DNA of 64,000 nucleotides from Candidatus Cottocaccamicrobium excrementipullorum (lineage in GTDB: Bacteria; Bacillota; Clostridia; Lachnospirales; Lachnospiraceae): contig DVFL01000023.1 of the NCBI GenBank assembly GCA_018713255.1, positions 99,820 through 163,819 on the forward strand, given 5' to 3'. This document shows positions 47,244-57,900 of this stretch, one piece after another. The notes below the pieces were generated by a model. That model was not told the DNA's origin. It searched no databases and worked only from the letters and a program-made list of their open reading frames with translations. The translations under genes were made by a program, and so were the position numbers. Numbering within the stretch: position 1 is the first letter of the stretch; each line of letters opens with the position of its first letter.

Positions 47244-47927
47244 ATGCGGGTTTTAATTGTAGAGAATGATGAAGTGTTGGCCAAGGCAATTCGGGATAGT
47301 TTAAAACCCCGGTACAGCTGCCATATCTGTACAGACGGAGAGACAGGGGCGTGTTTATTAAAGGACGGAGGATTCGAGGCGGCGGTTCTTGACGTAATGC
47401 TTCCGGGAAAGGACGGCATTACTCTTGTCAGGGAACTGAGACAAGGAGGGAGCAGCATTCCTGTGCTGATGATTTCCGCCAGATCGGAAGTAGAAAGCCG
47501 GGTTCGCGGCCTGGAGAGCGGAGCAGATTATTATCTGACCAAGCCCTTTGCTGTGCAGGAGCTGGAGGCAGTCATGGACGCCATTACCAGAAGAAAAGGA
47601 GAAATACTGCCGGAACATTTGACCATGGGAAATATTTTTCTTGATCAGGGGGATTATACTCTTCATGGTCCGGAAAATAAGATTCAGCTTGGGAAAAAAG
47701 AATACGAAATTATGCGGATTCTCCTGACCAGCCGGGAGATGGTCACCTCAAAAGAGACGATGCTGCAGAAGGTCTGGGGAGACGAAGGGGAGGCAGTGGA
47801 AAATAATGTGGAAATTCACATTTCCTTTCTGCGCCGAAAGCTGGAATTTCTGCAGGCGGATGTTCAGATACAGACTCTTCGCAGACTGGGATATCGGTTG
47901 ATCAGGAAGGAGGAGAAAAGGGCGTGA
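47244..47927 (+). CDS. OmpR/PhoB-family response regulator (no cognate kinase adjacent)
   Basis: Receiver domain (VLIVENDE, AAVLDVMLPGKDG, LMISA, KPF) plus a winged-helix domain (LGKKEYEIMRILL..., TLRRLGYRL). Confidence 0.85.
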   Translation: MRVLIVENDEVLAKAIRDSLKPRYSCHICTDGETGACLLKDGGFEAAVLDVMLPGKDGITLVRELRQGGSSIPVLMISARSEVESRVRGLESGADYYLTKPFAVQELEAVMDAITRRKGEILPEHLTMGNIFLDQGDYTLHGPENKIQLGKKEYEIMRILLTSREMVTSKETMLQKVWGDEGEAVENNVEIHISFLRRKLEFLQADVQIQTLRRLGYRLIRKEEKRA

Positions 47928-48058
47928 ATGCTGGATGCCATGTCGGCGGGCGCTGCAGCCTGGCGGAAACCCTTTGCAAGGCTGTGAAATCTTGTGTATA
48001 ATGAAAAGAACACAGCTGTTATAAAAAAGAACATGGAGAAGAGGGGAGAAGGCATAAA

Positions 48059-48856
48059 ATGAAGGAGAAGCTGTATACAATAGAAGTGATGGATGCTCTG
48101 AAGGCGGCAGATGAATGTCCTTGCTGCAATCTGGAGCGGAAGATGGAGCAGGATACCATCAGCTTTGTTTTAGGAGCGTCTTACATGGAGGATGATATCC
48201 GGGCGGCCACGGACCGGGCCGGATTTTGCCGCCATCATACCAAAATGATGTATGATTACGGAAATTCTCTGGGAAACGCCTGGATTCTGAAAACCAGAAT
48301 GGATTATATCCGGGGGCAGTTTAAAGCCCAGGCCCAGGGAAAGATCCGTCCTTCCTCAGGAGCGGAAGGACGAAAGGGGATGTCTTCTCTGCTTTCTCGA
48401 TTTAAGGGAGGAGCATCTTCTTCTGCCTCAAGCCGGAAGGGAGGAGGAGAATCCAGTTGGATGAAAGCCTCAGAGGAGACTTGTTATGTCTGCCGAAGGT
48501 TTGAGGAAACTTATGGAAGGATTATCCGCACTTTTATTTATCTGATTCAGAAGGAGCCGGAGTTTTTAGCTCAGCTTCAGCAGTCCAAGGGGTTTTGTCT
48601 GCCGCATTTTGCAGATCTTCTTGAGGCATGTCAGGAAAGCTTTTCTGAGGCAGAAAAGGAGCGGGTGATTCCTGTGCTGTACCAGCTGATGGAAGAAAAT
48701 CTGGAGAGAATTCAGGAAGATATTAATTGGTTTATTGATAAGTATGACTACCGGAACAAGGACGCAGACTGGAAAAATTCCCGGGACGCCATTCCCAGAA
48801 CCATGCAGAAGCTGGTAGGAGGATATCCGTCTGACCCGGTATTCCGGCAGAAATAA
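48059..48856 (+). CDS. Cys-rich protein of unknown function (DUF6062-like)
   Basis: 265 aa with CPCCNLE, GFCRHH, CYVCRRFE and GFCLPHF motifs, split by a Gly/Ser-rich linker. The family assignment is from memory. Confidence 0.55.
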   Translation: MKEKLYTIEVMDALKAADECPCCNLERKMEQDTISFVLGASYMEDDIRAATDRAGFCRHHTKMMYDYGNSLGNAWILKTRMDYIRGQFKAQAQGKIRPSSGAEGRKGMSSLLSRFKGGASSSASSRKGGGESSWMKASEETCYVCRRFEETYGRIIRTFIYLIQKEPEFLAQLQQSKGFCLPHFADLLEACQESFSEAEKERVIPVLYQLMEENLERIQEDINWFIDKYDYRNKDADWKNSRDAIPRTMQKLVGGYPSDPVFRQK

Positions 48857-48860
48857 GAGA

Positions 48861-49769
48861 ATGGAGAGAAGTGTGATGTGGGCAGCCTTAGGGGCAGGAA
48901 TTCTGGCGGCAGGAGCAGGATGTTTACTCCGCTCAGAATATGAAAAAAGTCATTTCGCGGCGGAAGAGCTAATAATCGCTTCGCCCAAAATACAGCGGGA
49001 AAAATGCCTGGTGTTTTTGACGGATGTGCATGATAAAGAGTTTGGACCTGCTAATGAAAAGCTGCTGAAGGCCATTGCCGATTCTCAGCCTGATGGAATT
49101 TTGATCGGCGGAGATCTGATGGTGGCGAAGGGAGAAGGAAGCCTTGAGGCTTCCTTTCGTCTCCTGGAGGGACTGGCGCCGTTGGCTCCGATATATTATA
49201 GTCTGGGAAATCATGAAATGCGCCTGCGCCAGGAGCAGGAGGTTTACGGGGAAGCTTATCAGCGGCTTCTCAAGAAAGCGGATCAGCTTGGCGTGAGGAT
49301 GCTGCTGGATGACAGAGCGGTTTTTGACGAAGATACAGAGATTTGGGGAGCAGATCTTCCCAGACGATTTTACAAAAAACTTCTCTTCCAGAAACCGGAA
49401 ATGATGGAACCAGGATATCTGCATCGGAAGCTGGGAGAAGCTTCTTTAAACCGCTACACCATTCTTCTGATGCATTCTCCTCTGTATTTCGAAGCTGCCA
49501 GAGAGTGGGGAGCGGATCTTACGCTTTCTGGTCATTTTCATGGAGGAACCATTCGGATCCCTGGTCTGGGAGGCGTGATGACGCCGCAGTATCAATTCTT
49601 TCTTCCCTGGTGCGCGGGGGTGTTTGAAGAAGAGGGGAAGCTGATGGCGGTGGGCCGGGGGTTGGGCACTCATTCGATTAACATTCGCCTGAATGATCGT
49701 CCGCAGCTTCTTGTGATAAGGCTTAGGCCGGGAGAACTGCACTGGAAAATGGCAGGGAAGAGAAAATAA
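48861..49769 (+). CDS. Membrane-anchored calcineurin-like metallophosphoesterase
   Basis: N-terminal TM, then LTDVHD, GGDLM, GNHE, LMHSP and SGHFHGG motifs. An alternative start at 48876 has a better RBS. Confidence 0.8.
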   Translation: MERSVMWAALGAGILAAGAGCLLRSEYEKSHFAAEELIIASPKIQREKCLVFLTDVHDKEFGPANEKLLKAIADSQPDGILIGGDLMVAKGEGSLEASFRLLEGLAPLAPIYYSLGNHEMRLRQEQEVYGEAYQRLLKKADQLGVRMLLDDRAVFDEDTEIWGADLPRRFYKKLLFQKPEMMEPGYLHRKLGEASLNRYTILLMHSPLYFEAAREWGADLTLSGHFHGGTIRIPGLGGVMTPQYQFFLPWCAGVFEEEGKLMAVGRGLGTHSINIRLNDRPQLLVIRLRPGELHWKMAGKRK

Positions 49770-49914
49770 GGGGGAAGGCAGGGGGACAGATGGGATTTAC
49801 AGCCGCCCTGCTTTCTGTTATACTTAGCAGCAGTGCAGAACCATGTGTTCCCTCTGTACACCGATGTTAACCGTGTTCAGGGGAACGCTGATGCTGGGGC
49901 GTATAGGAGAGAAC

Positions 49915-50712
49915 ATGGAAATTTCATATAAGTTAGAGCATTTTGAGGGGCCCCTTGATCTGCTTCTCCACCTGATTGAAAAGAATAAGGTCAGCATATA
50001 TGACATTCCTATTGCTGAAATTACCAGTCAGTATCTGGATTACGTCAGTCAGATGGACAGAGAGGATTTGAATCTGGTCAGCGATTTTTTGGTAATGGCG
50101 GCTACGCTGATTGATATTAAATCCCGGATGCTCCTTCCAAGAGAGGAAGAGGAGGAGGGAGAGGAGGAGGACCCCAGAGCAGAGCTGGTGGCCCGCCTGC
50201 TGGAATACAAAAAATACAAGTACATTTCTCAGGAACTGTCTGATATGGAGGATTCTGCGGGAATGCATCTTTATAAGCCTTCTACGCTTCCGCCGGAGGT
50301 GGCTCGCTATGAGCCGCCGGTGGATTTGGACAAGCTGCTGGACGGACTGACGCTGGCAAAACTCCAGTCCATTTTTCAACAGGTGATGAAGCGCAAAGAA
50401 GATAAGATCGACCGGGTGAGAAGCTCCTTCGGCACCATCAAAAAAGAACCAATCAGCCTGGAAGAGAAAATCACATCGGTGATGGATTATGCCAGAAAAC
50501 ACCGGTCTTTCCGGTTTCGGCAGATCCTGGAAACCGGCGCGGATAAGCTGGAGGTGGTGGTGACCTTTCTGGCGATTTTAGAATTAATGAAAATCGGCAA
50601 AATCCACCTTACCCAGGAGCACCTTTTTGATGACATGGAGATCGAGACGCTGGAGCCTGAGGGACAGGAAGAGAGCCTGGAGCTGGAGGGTCTGGATGAG
50701 ATGATGGAATAA
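49915..50712 (+). CDS. scpA: Segregation and condensation protein A
   Basis: FEGPLDLLLHLIEKNKVSIYDIPIAEIT and VTFLAILELMK are hallmarks. ATG at 49915 follows AGGAGAG. Confidence 0.9.
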   Translation: MEISYKLEHFEGPLDLLLHLIEKNKVSIYDIPIAEITSQYLDYVSQMDREDLNLVSDFLVMAATLIDIKSRMLLPREEEEEGEEEDPRAELVARLLEYKKYKYISQELSDMEDSAGMHLYKPSTLPPEVARYEPPVDLDKLLDGLTLAKLQSIFQQVMKRKEDKIDRVRSSFGTIKKEPISLEEKITSVMDYARKHRSFRFRQILETGADKLEVVVTFLAILELMKIGKIHLTQEHLFDDMEIETLEPEGQEESLELEGLDEMME

Positions 50713-50729
50713 AGCCGGAGGTAAGGGAA

Positions 50730-51392
50730 ATGACAGGAGAGAAAAAGGACGGGATGGAGATGGAACAGCTTTCCTTTGAATTCCCGCCTACGGAGGACGA
50801 GAAGGAACAAGAGGCGATTGCAGAGGCGGTGCTGTTTACCATGGGGCGCTCTGTGGAGGTACGGCAGCTGGCAGCAGCAATGGGTCAAAGTGAGGACTGT
50901 GCCAGAAAAGCAGTTCTCCGCCTGAAAAATCGCTATGATAAAGAAAAAAAGGGAATCCAGATTATTGAGCTGGAAGACGCCTTTCAGATGTGCACAAGAG
51001 CCCAGTACTATGAAAATCTGATTCGAGTGGCGTCTGTGCCTAAGCGGCAGGTGCTGACGGAGGTTGTGCTGGAGACGCTCTCCATTATTGCCTACCGCCA
51101 GCCGGTGACGAAGATGGAGATTGAAAAGATCCGGGGAGTAAAGTCAGATCACGCGGTAAACAAGTTAATCGAATATAATCTGGTATGTGAGGTGGGACGT
51201 CTGGATGCGCCTGGACGTCCGGCGCTTTTTGCCACAACGGAGGAATTTCTCCGCCGTTTTGGCATTGGCTCCACAGAAGATCTTCCGGGACTTAATCCGG
51301 AGCAGGAAGAGGAGATTAAGTCGGAAGTGGCCCAGGAGCTTAAACTGGAAATGGAAGAAATGGAAGAGACAGAGGAGAATCAACAAGGATGA
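50730..51392 (+). CDS. scpB: Segregation and condensation protein B
   Basis: AIAEAVLFTMG, LETLSIIAYRQPVTKMEIEKIRGV and GRLDAPGRPALFATTEEFLRRFG. Confidence 0.9.
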   Translation: MTGEKKDGMEMEQLSFEFPPTEDEKEQEAIAEAVLFTMGRSVEVRQLAAAMGQSEDCARKAVLRLKNRYDKEKKGIQIIELEDAFQMCTRAQYYENLIRVASVPKRQVLTEVVLETLSIIAYRQPVTKMEIEKIRGVKSDHAVNKLIEYNLVCEVGRLDAPGRPALFATTEEFLRRFGIGSTEDLPGLNPEQEEEIKSEVAQELKLEMEEMEETEENQQG

Positions 51393-51898
51393 GACGAATA
51401 GCAAAATTTGATAAAGTAAGCCGGGAACGTTTCCTGGAAGATTGGAAGGAAACCTTTGGGGCTGATGGGGATAAGGATCTTGAGGCAATCTATGATGGGG
51501 TAAGCCTTCCGCGGCGTGCTACGGCGGGAAGCGCCGGATATGATTTTTTTCTCCCCCTGGATGTGGAGCTTAAGCCTGGGGAATCGCTTAAGGTTCCCAC
51601 TGGAATTCGAGTGAGAATGGAGCCGGACTGGGTGCTTCAGCTGTATCCCAGAAGCGGGCTGGGATTTAAATATCGCCTGCAGATGAATAATACCGTAGGG
51701 ATTATTGACAGCGATTATTTTTACTCTGACAATGAAGGCCATATCTTCATTAAAATGTTAAACGACAGCCGGGAGGGAAAAATCCTTTCTCTTAAGGCGG
51801 GAATGGCTTTTGCCCAGGGAATCTTTATGGAGTACGGCATCACGGAAGATGATGATGCAGAGGGAACCCGCAACGGCGGATTTGGAAGTACTGGCTGA
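51389..51898 (+). CDS. dut: dUTP diphosphatase family protein
   Basis: ATAGSAGYDFF, GIIDSDY and RNGGFGSTG motifs. ATGA overlap with the scpB stop. Confidence 0.8.
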   Translation: MRRIAKFDKVSRERFLEDWKETFGADGDKDLEAIYDGVSLPRRATAGSAGYDFFLPLDVELKPGESLKVPTGIRVRMEPDWVLQLYPRSGLGFKYRLQMNNTVGIIDSDYFYSDNEGHIFIKMLNDSREGKILSLKAGMAFAQGIFMEYGITEDDDAEGTRNGGFGSTG

Positions 51899-51915
51899 GG
51901 GAAAGGACGCAGGAA

Positions 51916-52845
51916 ATGAGAAATACCAGAAGAAGACGCAGAAGAAGGCGGAATCAAAGAGGCCGGCAAATTGTGATTGTATGCTGCGGCCTGGTGATTT
52001 TAGCGGCGGCAGGGTTTGGAATTGCCGGCTCCATGGGGGGCGGAAAGCCGGCGCTGATTGAAGCGGAAAACGTCAGCCCCCAGGCAGAAAGTCTGGCGGA
52101 GGAAGAGGACCGTTATACCCTCCGCCTTTCTGGAATTGAAAAAATGGACCAGGGAGATTATGCTGGAGCCATCATTGATTTTGAAGCAGCCATTTTGGCT
52201 TCCTCTGGCCGGGTAGGGGAGTTTGAGGAGGATGTATTAAAATATCGTGCCGAGGCAGAATATGCCCTGGCAGATTATGGGGCGGCGGCTCATACCTATG
52301 ATCTGCTGATTCAGCTGGAGGGAGACGGGGCGGAGTATCGGTACCGCCAGGCTCTTTCTCTTGCGCTTGCAGGGGATGCGCAGGGAAGTCTTGAAGCTTA
52401 TAGACAGGGGGAGGACCTGGAGGGGAAAGATTCCCATCAGTCTCTGTCCCTTGGCCGTTCTGATGTGGTGGCGGCAGTGGGGAAGGCCTGTATGGAAGCT
52501 GGTCTGACTGCTGAGGCAGAGTCTATTTACAATGAAGCCATTGCAGATGGCAGTGCAGGGCCTCAGGTGTTTAATCAGATGGGAATGGGATTTATGGAAA
52601 CAGAGCAGTATGAAAGAGCGCTGGAATGTTTTAATCAGGCCTTGTCCCTGACTGATCAGACGGCAGAGGGGCAGCAGGTCCAGGAAAATCAGGAAGCCCT
52701 GCGTCAGGCAGCGTTTAACCGGGGAACCGCCCTGGAATATTTAAGCCGCTTTGATGAGGCTTTGGAGGCTTTTCAGAATTATGTGAATACCTATGGGCCG
52801 GATGAAGAGGCGCAGAAGGAGATTACTTTTTTAGAGACCAGATAA
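51916..52845 (+). CDS. Membrane-anchored tetratricopeptide-repeat protein
   Basis: Arg-rich N-terminus plus a TM, followed by repeated A..Y..AL/G.Y..A TPR-like helices. Confidence 0.65.
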   Translation: MRNTRRRRRRRRNQRGRQIVIVCCGLVILAAAGFGIAGSMGGGKPALIEAENVSPQAESLAEEEDRYTLRLSGIEKMDQGDYAGAIIDFEAAILASSGRVGEFEEDVLKYRAEAEYALADYGAAAHTYDLLIQLEGDGAEYRYRQALSLALAGDAQGSLEAYRQGEDLEGKDSHQSLSLGRSDVVAAVGKACMEAGLTAEAESIYNEAIADGSAGPQVFNQMGMGFMETEQYERALECFNQALSLTDQTAEGQQVQENQEALRQAAFNRGTALEYLSRFDEALEAFQNYVNTYGPDEEAQKEITFLETR

Positions 52846-52863
52846 AATCTGGAGAAAGGGAAT

Positions 52864-54117
52864 ATGGCAGAGCTGTTTGAAAATAAGGAAATTCAGGAGC
52901 AGGTGATTCTCATCGGCATCAGCACCGGTGATGAACGTGAAGCAGAAGCTTCTCTGGATGAACTGGGAGAGCTGGTGAAGACGGCAGGTGCCAGGACGTT
53001 GGGAAGGGTGATTCAAAACCGGGAGGCGGCTCATCCTGCCACCTATCTGGGAAAAGGAAAGATTGAGGAAGTAAAATGGATGGTATGGGAGACGGAAGCT
53101 ACCGGCGTAGTGTGTGATGACGAGCTTTCTCCCGCCCAGCTTAACAATTTAGAGCAGGCCCTGGATACTAAGGTCATGGATCGGACGATGGTGATTCTGG
53201 ATATTTTTGCTTCACGGGCCAGAACCAGAGAAGGAAAAATTCAGGTAGAGCTGGCGCAGCTTCGGTTTCGGGCGGCCCGTCTGGTGGGAATGAGGAATTC
53301 TCTGTCTCGGCTGGGCGGCGGCATCGGCACCAGGGGACCTGGAGAAACTAAGCTGGAGACAGATCGGAGAGTGATCCACCAGCGAATCGGCCAGCTGAAG
53401 GCAGAGCTTCAGGAAGTAAAGCGCCATCGAGAGGTGGCCAGAAACCGCCGCACCCGGAATCAAGTCCCGGTGGCAGCGATTGTGGGATATACAAATGCAG
53501 GGAAATCTACGCTGCTGAACCGGCTTACCCACGCGGGAATTCTGGCGGAGGACAAGCTTTTTGCCACACTAGATCCTACTACCAGGATGGTAAATCTTCC
53601 AGGAGGGCAGAAGGTGCTTCTTACGGATACAGTAGGGTTTATCCGAAAGCTTCCTCACCATTTGATTGAGGCGTTTAAAAGTACATTGGAGGAGGCGCGC
53701 TATAGCGATATCATTCTCCATGTGGTGGACAGTTCCAGTCCTCAGATGGAAATGCAGATGTATGTGGTATATGATACCCTTCGTCAGTTAAATATTCAGG
53801 ATAAGACCATAATCACGGTATTCAATAAGATGGATCAGCTGGCGGAGGACGCTATTCTTCGGGATTTTTCTGCAGATTACCAGGTGAGAATTTCGGCGAA
53901 AACCGGGCAGGGGCTGGAAGAACTGCTGGAAGTAATGGAGAATGTATTAAGAAGCCGGACGGTATACCTGGAAAAGTGTTTTCCTTATAAAGAAGCCGGA
54001 AAAATTCAGATTATCCGGGAAAAAGGCCAGCTTCTTTCTGAAGAGTACGGTCAGGAGGGAATTGAGGTGAAAGCCTATGTTCCTGCCGAACTGTTTTATC
54101 TGTTTTTTCCTTCATAA
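52864..54117 (+). CDS. hflX: GTPase HflX
   Basis: LSPAQLNNLE, ILDIFASRA, GPGETKLE, G1 motif GYTNAGKST, DTVGFI and NKMD. Confidence 0.9.
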   Translation: MAELFENKEIQEQVILIGISTGDEREAEASLDELGELVKTAGARTLGRVIQNREAAHPATYLGKGKIEEVKWMVWETEATGVVCDDELSPAQLNNLEQALDTKVMDRTMVILDIFASRARTREGKIQVELAQLRFRAARLVGMRNSLSRLGGGIGTRGPGETKLETDRRVIHQRIGQLKAELQEVKRHREVARNRRTRNQVPVAAIVGYTNAGKSTLLNRLTHAGILAEDKLFATLDPTTRMVNLPGGQKVLLTDTVGFIRKLPHHLIEAFKSTLEEARYSDIILHVVDSSSPQMEMQMYVVYDTLRQLNIQDKTIITVFNKMDQLAEDAILRDFSADYQVRISAKTGQGLEELLEVMENVLRSRTVYLEKCFPYKEAGKIQIIREKGQLLSEEYGQEGIEVKAYVPAELFYLFFPS

Positions 54118-54124
54118 GTTGAAA

Positions 54125-54176
54125 GAGGAGGCGCTGTGCTGCAGGAGATTTTGACCTGCAGGCAGCGGCTCCTTTT
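54125..54176. terminator. Hairpin between convergent genes (putative bidirectional terminator)
   Basis: AGGAGGCGCTGTGCTGCAGG ... CCTGCAGGCAGCGGCTCCT, a near-perfect long stem followed by TTT. Confidence 0.5.
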
Positions 54177-54224
54177 GTCATGTCAGGATGGGGGAAGCAG
54201 AGCTATCCAAAGGCGGAGCTGTGG

Positions 54225-54680
54225 TTAAGATGTTTCTGGGCGGAGAGCTGCTTTGGCAAGGGCACGCTCTACCGCCTCAAGGAGCATGGCTGAGGTGTAT
54301 TTTTGATCTTCGGGACTGGTAATGGATTCCAGGGATTGTTTTTGCAGAATCTGTCCTGCCAAGTCCTGCATGGCTGGTTCAACCAATGGGTACATGGCGG
54401 CAACTGATTCGCTTAAGGGCTTTAAGGCCACGGAGGTAATCTGGCTGGCGTCTACGGTAACCTCCACGTTGATCTGCTCGTTGGCCAGACGGATAGAGGA
54501 AGAATAGACGCCAGGAATGTAGCTTGCCTCCTGGGACGGCGTTTCGGAGGGTGAAGAAGCCTTGTCGCGGCCAAACATAATCAAAAACAGCGCGATTAAA
54601 AGGAGAGCCAGGCCGGCAAAAATTGCGGTGTAGATGATTTCTTTCATTCGCAGGACAACGATTTTGGTTTTTGCGCTCAT
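54225..54680 (-). CDS. Hypothetical single-pass membrane protein
   Basis: MSAKTKIVVLRMKEIIYTAIFAGLALLLIALFLIMF... ATG at 54678-54680 lies 9 nt after GGAGG. No recognisable family. Confidence 0.5.
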   Translation of the reverse strand: MSAKTKIVVLRMKEIIYTAIFAGLALLLIALFLIMFGRDKASSPSETPSQEASYIPGVYSSSIRLANEQINVEVTVDASQITSVALKPLSESVAAMYPLVEPAMQDLAGQILQKQSLESITSPEDQKYTSAMLLEAVERALAKAALRPETS

Positions 54681-54900
54681 TAGAGAAGCCTCCGCATGGA
54701 TGACCGCAGCTGCCTTTGGCCTTAAAGACTTAAGGAAGAAGGCAGCTGCAGCCATTGAGTTTGTTATAATTTATGCTTGCGCCAGGCAATTAGAACAGGT
54801 GAGGGTTTGGAAATCAGGAAAAGTGTGTTATACTTTTGGTTATGATGAAAAGCGCGGCGGCCTGATGGGCCGTAAAATTAAGAAAAGGGAGGAAGAACCG

Positions 54901-57900
54901 ATGTCCCTTCAGTTTATTATCGGGCCTTCTGGTTCAGGCAAAACCAGATATTTGTATGAGCAGGTGATTCAGGAATCCTTATCTCACCCAGAGCTTCATT
55001 ATTTCTTTTTGGTCCCGGAGCAGTATACCATGCAGACCCAGAAAGAACTGATCCGGCTTCATCCACGCCGGGCCCTTACCAATGTGGATGTTTTAAGTTT
55101 TAATCGTCTTGCCCACCGAGTATTTGACGATCTGGGGACGGAGCTTTTGACCGTGCTGGACGATATGGGGAAATCTATGATTTTACGAAAGATCGCCGGG
55201 GAAAAAAGCCGGGAACTTCGCTATTATCAGCGCCATTTCAGCCAGACGGGTTTTGTCAATCAGTTAAAATCGATGATTTCGGAAATGTATCAGTACGGGG
55301 TAACGCCTCAGGTGCTGGACCAGCTGCGTCAGGATACGGAGGAGCCGGTGCTGAAGGAGAAGCTGTGGGATCTGGAGCTGATTTTTCAGGGATTTCAGGA
55401 ATACATTCAGGAAAAGTTTACCACAGCAGAGGAAGTACTTGATTTATGCTGCCGTCTTCTTCCGCAGTGGGATAAGCTCAGAAGCAGCCAGATTTTTCTG
55501 GACGGCTACACCGGATTTACACCAGTGCAGTACCGGATTTTGGAAATTATGCTGGGACGCTGTCTTAAGGTAAGGGCTGCGGTGACGGCGGACCCAGAGG
55601 GAGAATTATATAAAGAAGCAGGGATTGAAGAGCTGTTTTACATGAGCCGGCAGATGATCTGCCGGCTGATTGATGTTGCTTCCCGGGCAGGCGTTCTTCA
55701 TCAGGAGGATGTGATCTTAAAGGGCAATCCTCCAGAAAGATTTCGTCAAAGCCCTCAGCTGGCCAAATTAGAAGGGGAGCTGAGAGGGCGAAGAACCTGG
55801 GACGAAAAAACGGGAGAAAGCGGACGTCAGATTTTTTGGGCAGAAAAAAAGAATCCTGATCAGGAGGTGCGGCACTTGTGCCGCCGGATTTATGCCGGCC
55901 TTAAGGAAGGGCTGCGGTTTAAAGATATGGCGGTGATTACCGGCGATTTGGATACTTATGGACGGGAGGTGCGCCGCCAGTTTGAGGAGCAGAATATTCC
56001 GTTTTTTTTGGATGATAAAACCAGCATTTTATCTAACCCGCTGGTGGAGTTTATCCGTTCAGCCATTGAGGCAGTACGTTTAGACTTTCCGTATGAAAGC
56101 ATGTTCCGCTGTCTGAAAACAGGCCTGATGCTGTCCGGGGCGGAGGAGCAAACAGAGCAGGAGCTTTTTCGGATGGAAAACTATGTAAAAGCCCTGGGAA
56201 TTCGAGGCCGGAAGGGCTGGGAATCGGTGTGGGAAAGGCAGTATTCTGGAGGAGAGAATCTTAACCTGGAACGTTTAAATCAGTTTAAGCAGGAGGCGGC
56301 AGAACCTTTATTCAGGCTGAGGGAAAGCCTTGAGCAGAAGCCTGCCACAGGCCGGACCATGACGGAAGGGCTGGAAGCCTTTCTTGAGGAGCTTCAAATG
56401 GAGGAGAAGCTTGCAGGCCTGTCTGACCGGCTGATGGAGGCGGGAAACAGCGAGGCGGCCAGTCAGTTCAGCCAGGTTTATGGCCTGACCATAGAGATGT
56501 TTCAGCGGCTGAAGGGACTGTTGGGAGATGAATCCATGAGTCTTGCAGAGTATGGGCAGATTTTGGATGCAGGCTTTGGAGAAATTCAGGTGGGACTGCT
56601 TCCCGCGGCGGTGGACCGGGTAGTGGTGGGAGATATTACCAGAACCCGTTTGGATGACATCAGAGTGCTGTTTTTCCTGGGAGTTAATGAAGGAATTATT
56701 CCCCAGAGAAAAGAAAACCGCAGTCTTCTCACAGATGAAGAACGGGAGTTTTTTGCCGCACACCAGGTAGAGCTTGCACCTTCGGCCAGAGAAAGCGGGC
56801 TGACTCAGCGGTTTTATTTATACCTGCTGATGACCAAGCCCTCTAAACGTCTGGAGGTTACCTGGGCGGCAAGAAGCGGAAGCGGAGGAAAGCTTCGGCC
56901 TTCTTCTCTGGCGGAAAGACTGATGACCATGTTCCCTTATGGGGAGGCGGATCAACAGCAGGAGGAGAAGTATCCGGCGTCAGCAGGAGAAGCCGTTCTT
57001 GCTCTGGCGGAAGGCTTGAGGCAAGGAGAGACGGAGAAAGAAAACCAGATTTTTGAGCTTTATGCCAGTTTCTTGTCCCGTCCCGAATACCAGGAGTTAG
57101 TCAGGCGGATGGGAGAAGCCTCCACCCATGTCTATGAAGAGAAAGGCATTGGACGAGAAGCCGCCAGAGCTCTTTATGGAACAATTCTTCAAGGCAGCGT
57201 TACTCGGCTGGAGCAGTATGGGGCTTGCGCTTACGCCCACTTTTTAAAGTATGGTCTTGAGCTTTTGAAGCGCCAGGAATATGAGGTTGGCGCCGTAGAC
57301 ATGGGAAATCTTCTTCATCAGTCATTGGACTTGTGTTTTCAGTCTTTAAAAGATAAAGGCGCCAGCCTGGTGGATCTGACAGAGGAAGAGAGAAAGAATT
57401 TGGTAGAGGACTGCGTGATTTCTGCGGCGGAAACTTACGGCAATACAATTATGCACAGCTCTTCTCGCAATGCCTACCTGATCCGGCGCCTTCTGCGGAT
57501 TACAGACCGGACAGTGTGGGCATTAGGCCAGCAGCTGAAAAAGGGAGAATTTAAGCCGGCGGCTTTTGAAGTGTCTTTCTCGGCGGCAGATAATCTGAAT
57601 GCCATGAAAATTGCTCTTTCTCAGGATGAAGCCCTGTACTTGAAGGGAAGGATCGACCGTTTGGATTTGTGTGAAGATGAGACCCATGTATATGTAAAAA
57701 TCATTGATTATAAATCCGGGTCCACAAGCTTTAATCTGGCGGCGATGTATTATGGACTTCAGCTGCAGCTGGTGGTGTATATGGATGCGGCCATGGAAAT
57801 GGAGGAGCGGCGCCGCCCAGACAAGGATGTAGTTCCAGGGGGGCTGTTTTATTACCATATTCAAGATCCGCTTGTGGAGAAAAAGGGAGAGATGACTCCC

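Noticed and set aside
54634-54900. N-terminal 89-aa extension of the addB ORF
   Set aside because: It overlaps the divergently oriented membrane-protein gene and promoter region. The conserved AddB N-terminus (MSLQFIIGPSGSGKT) begins at 54901.
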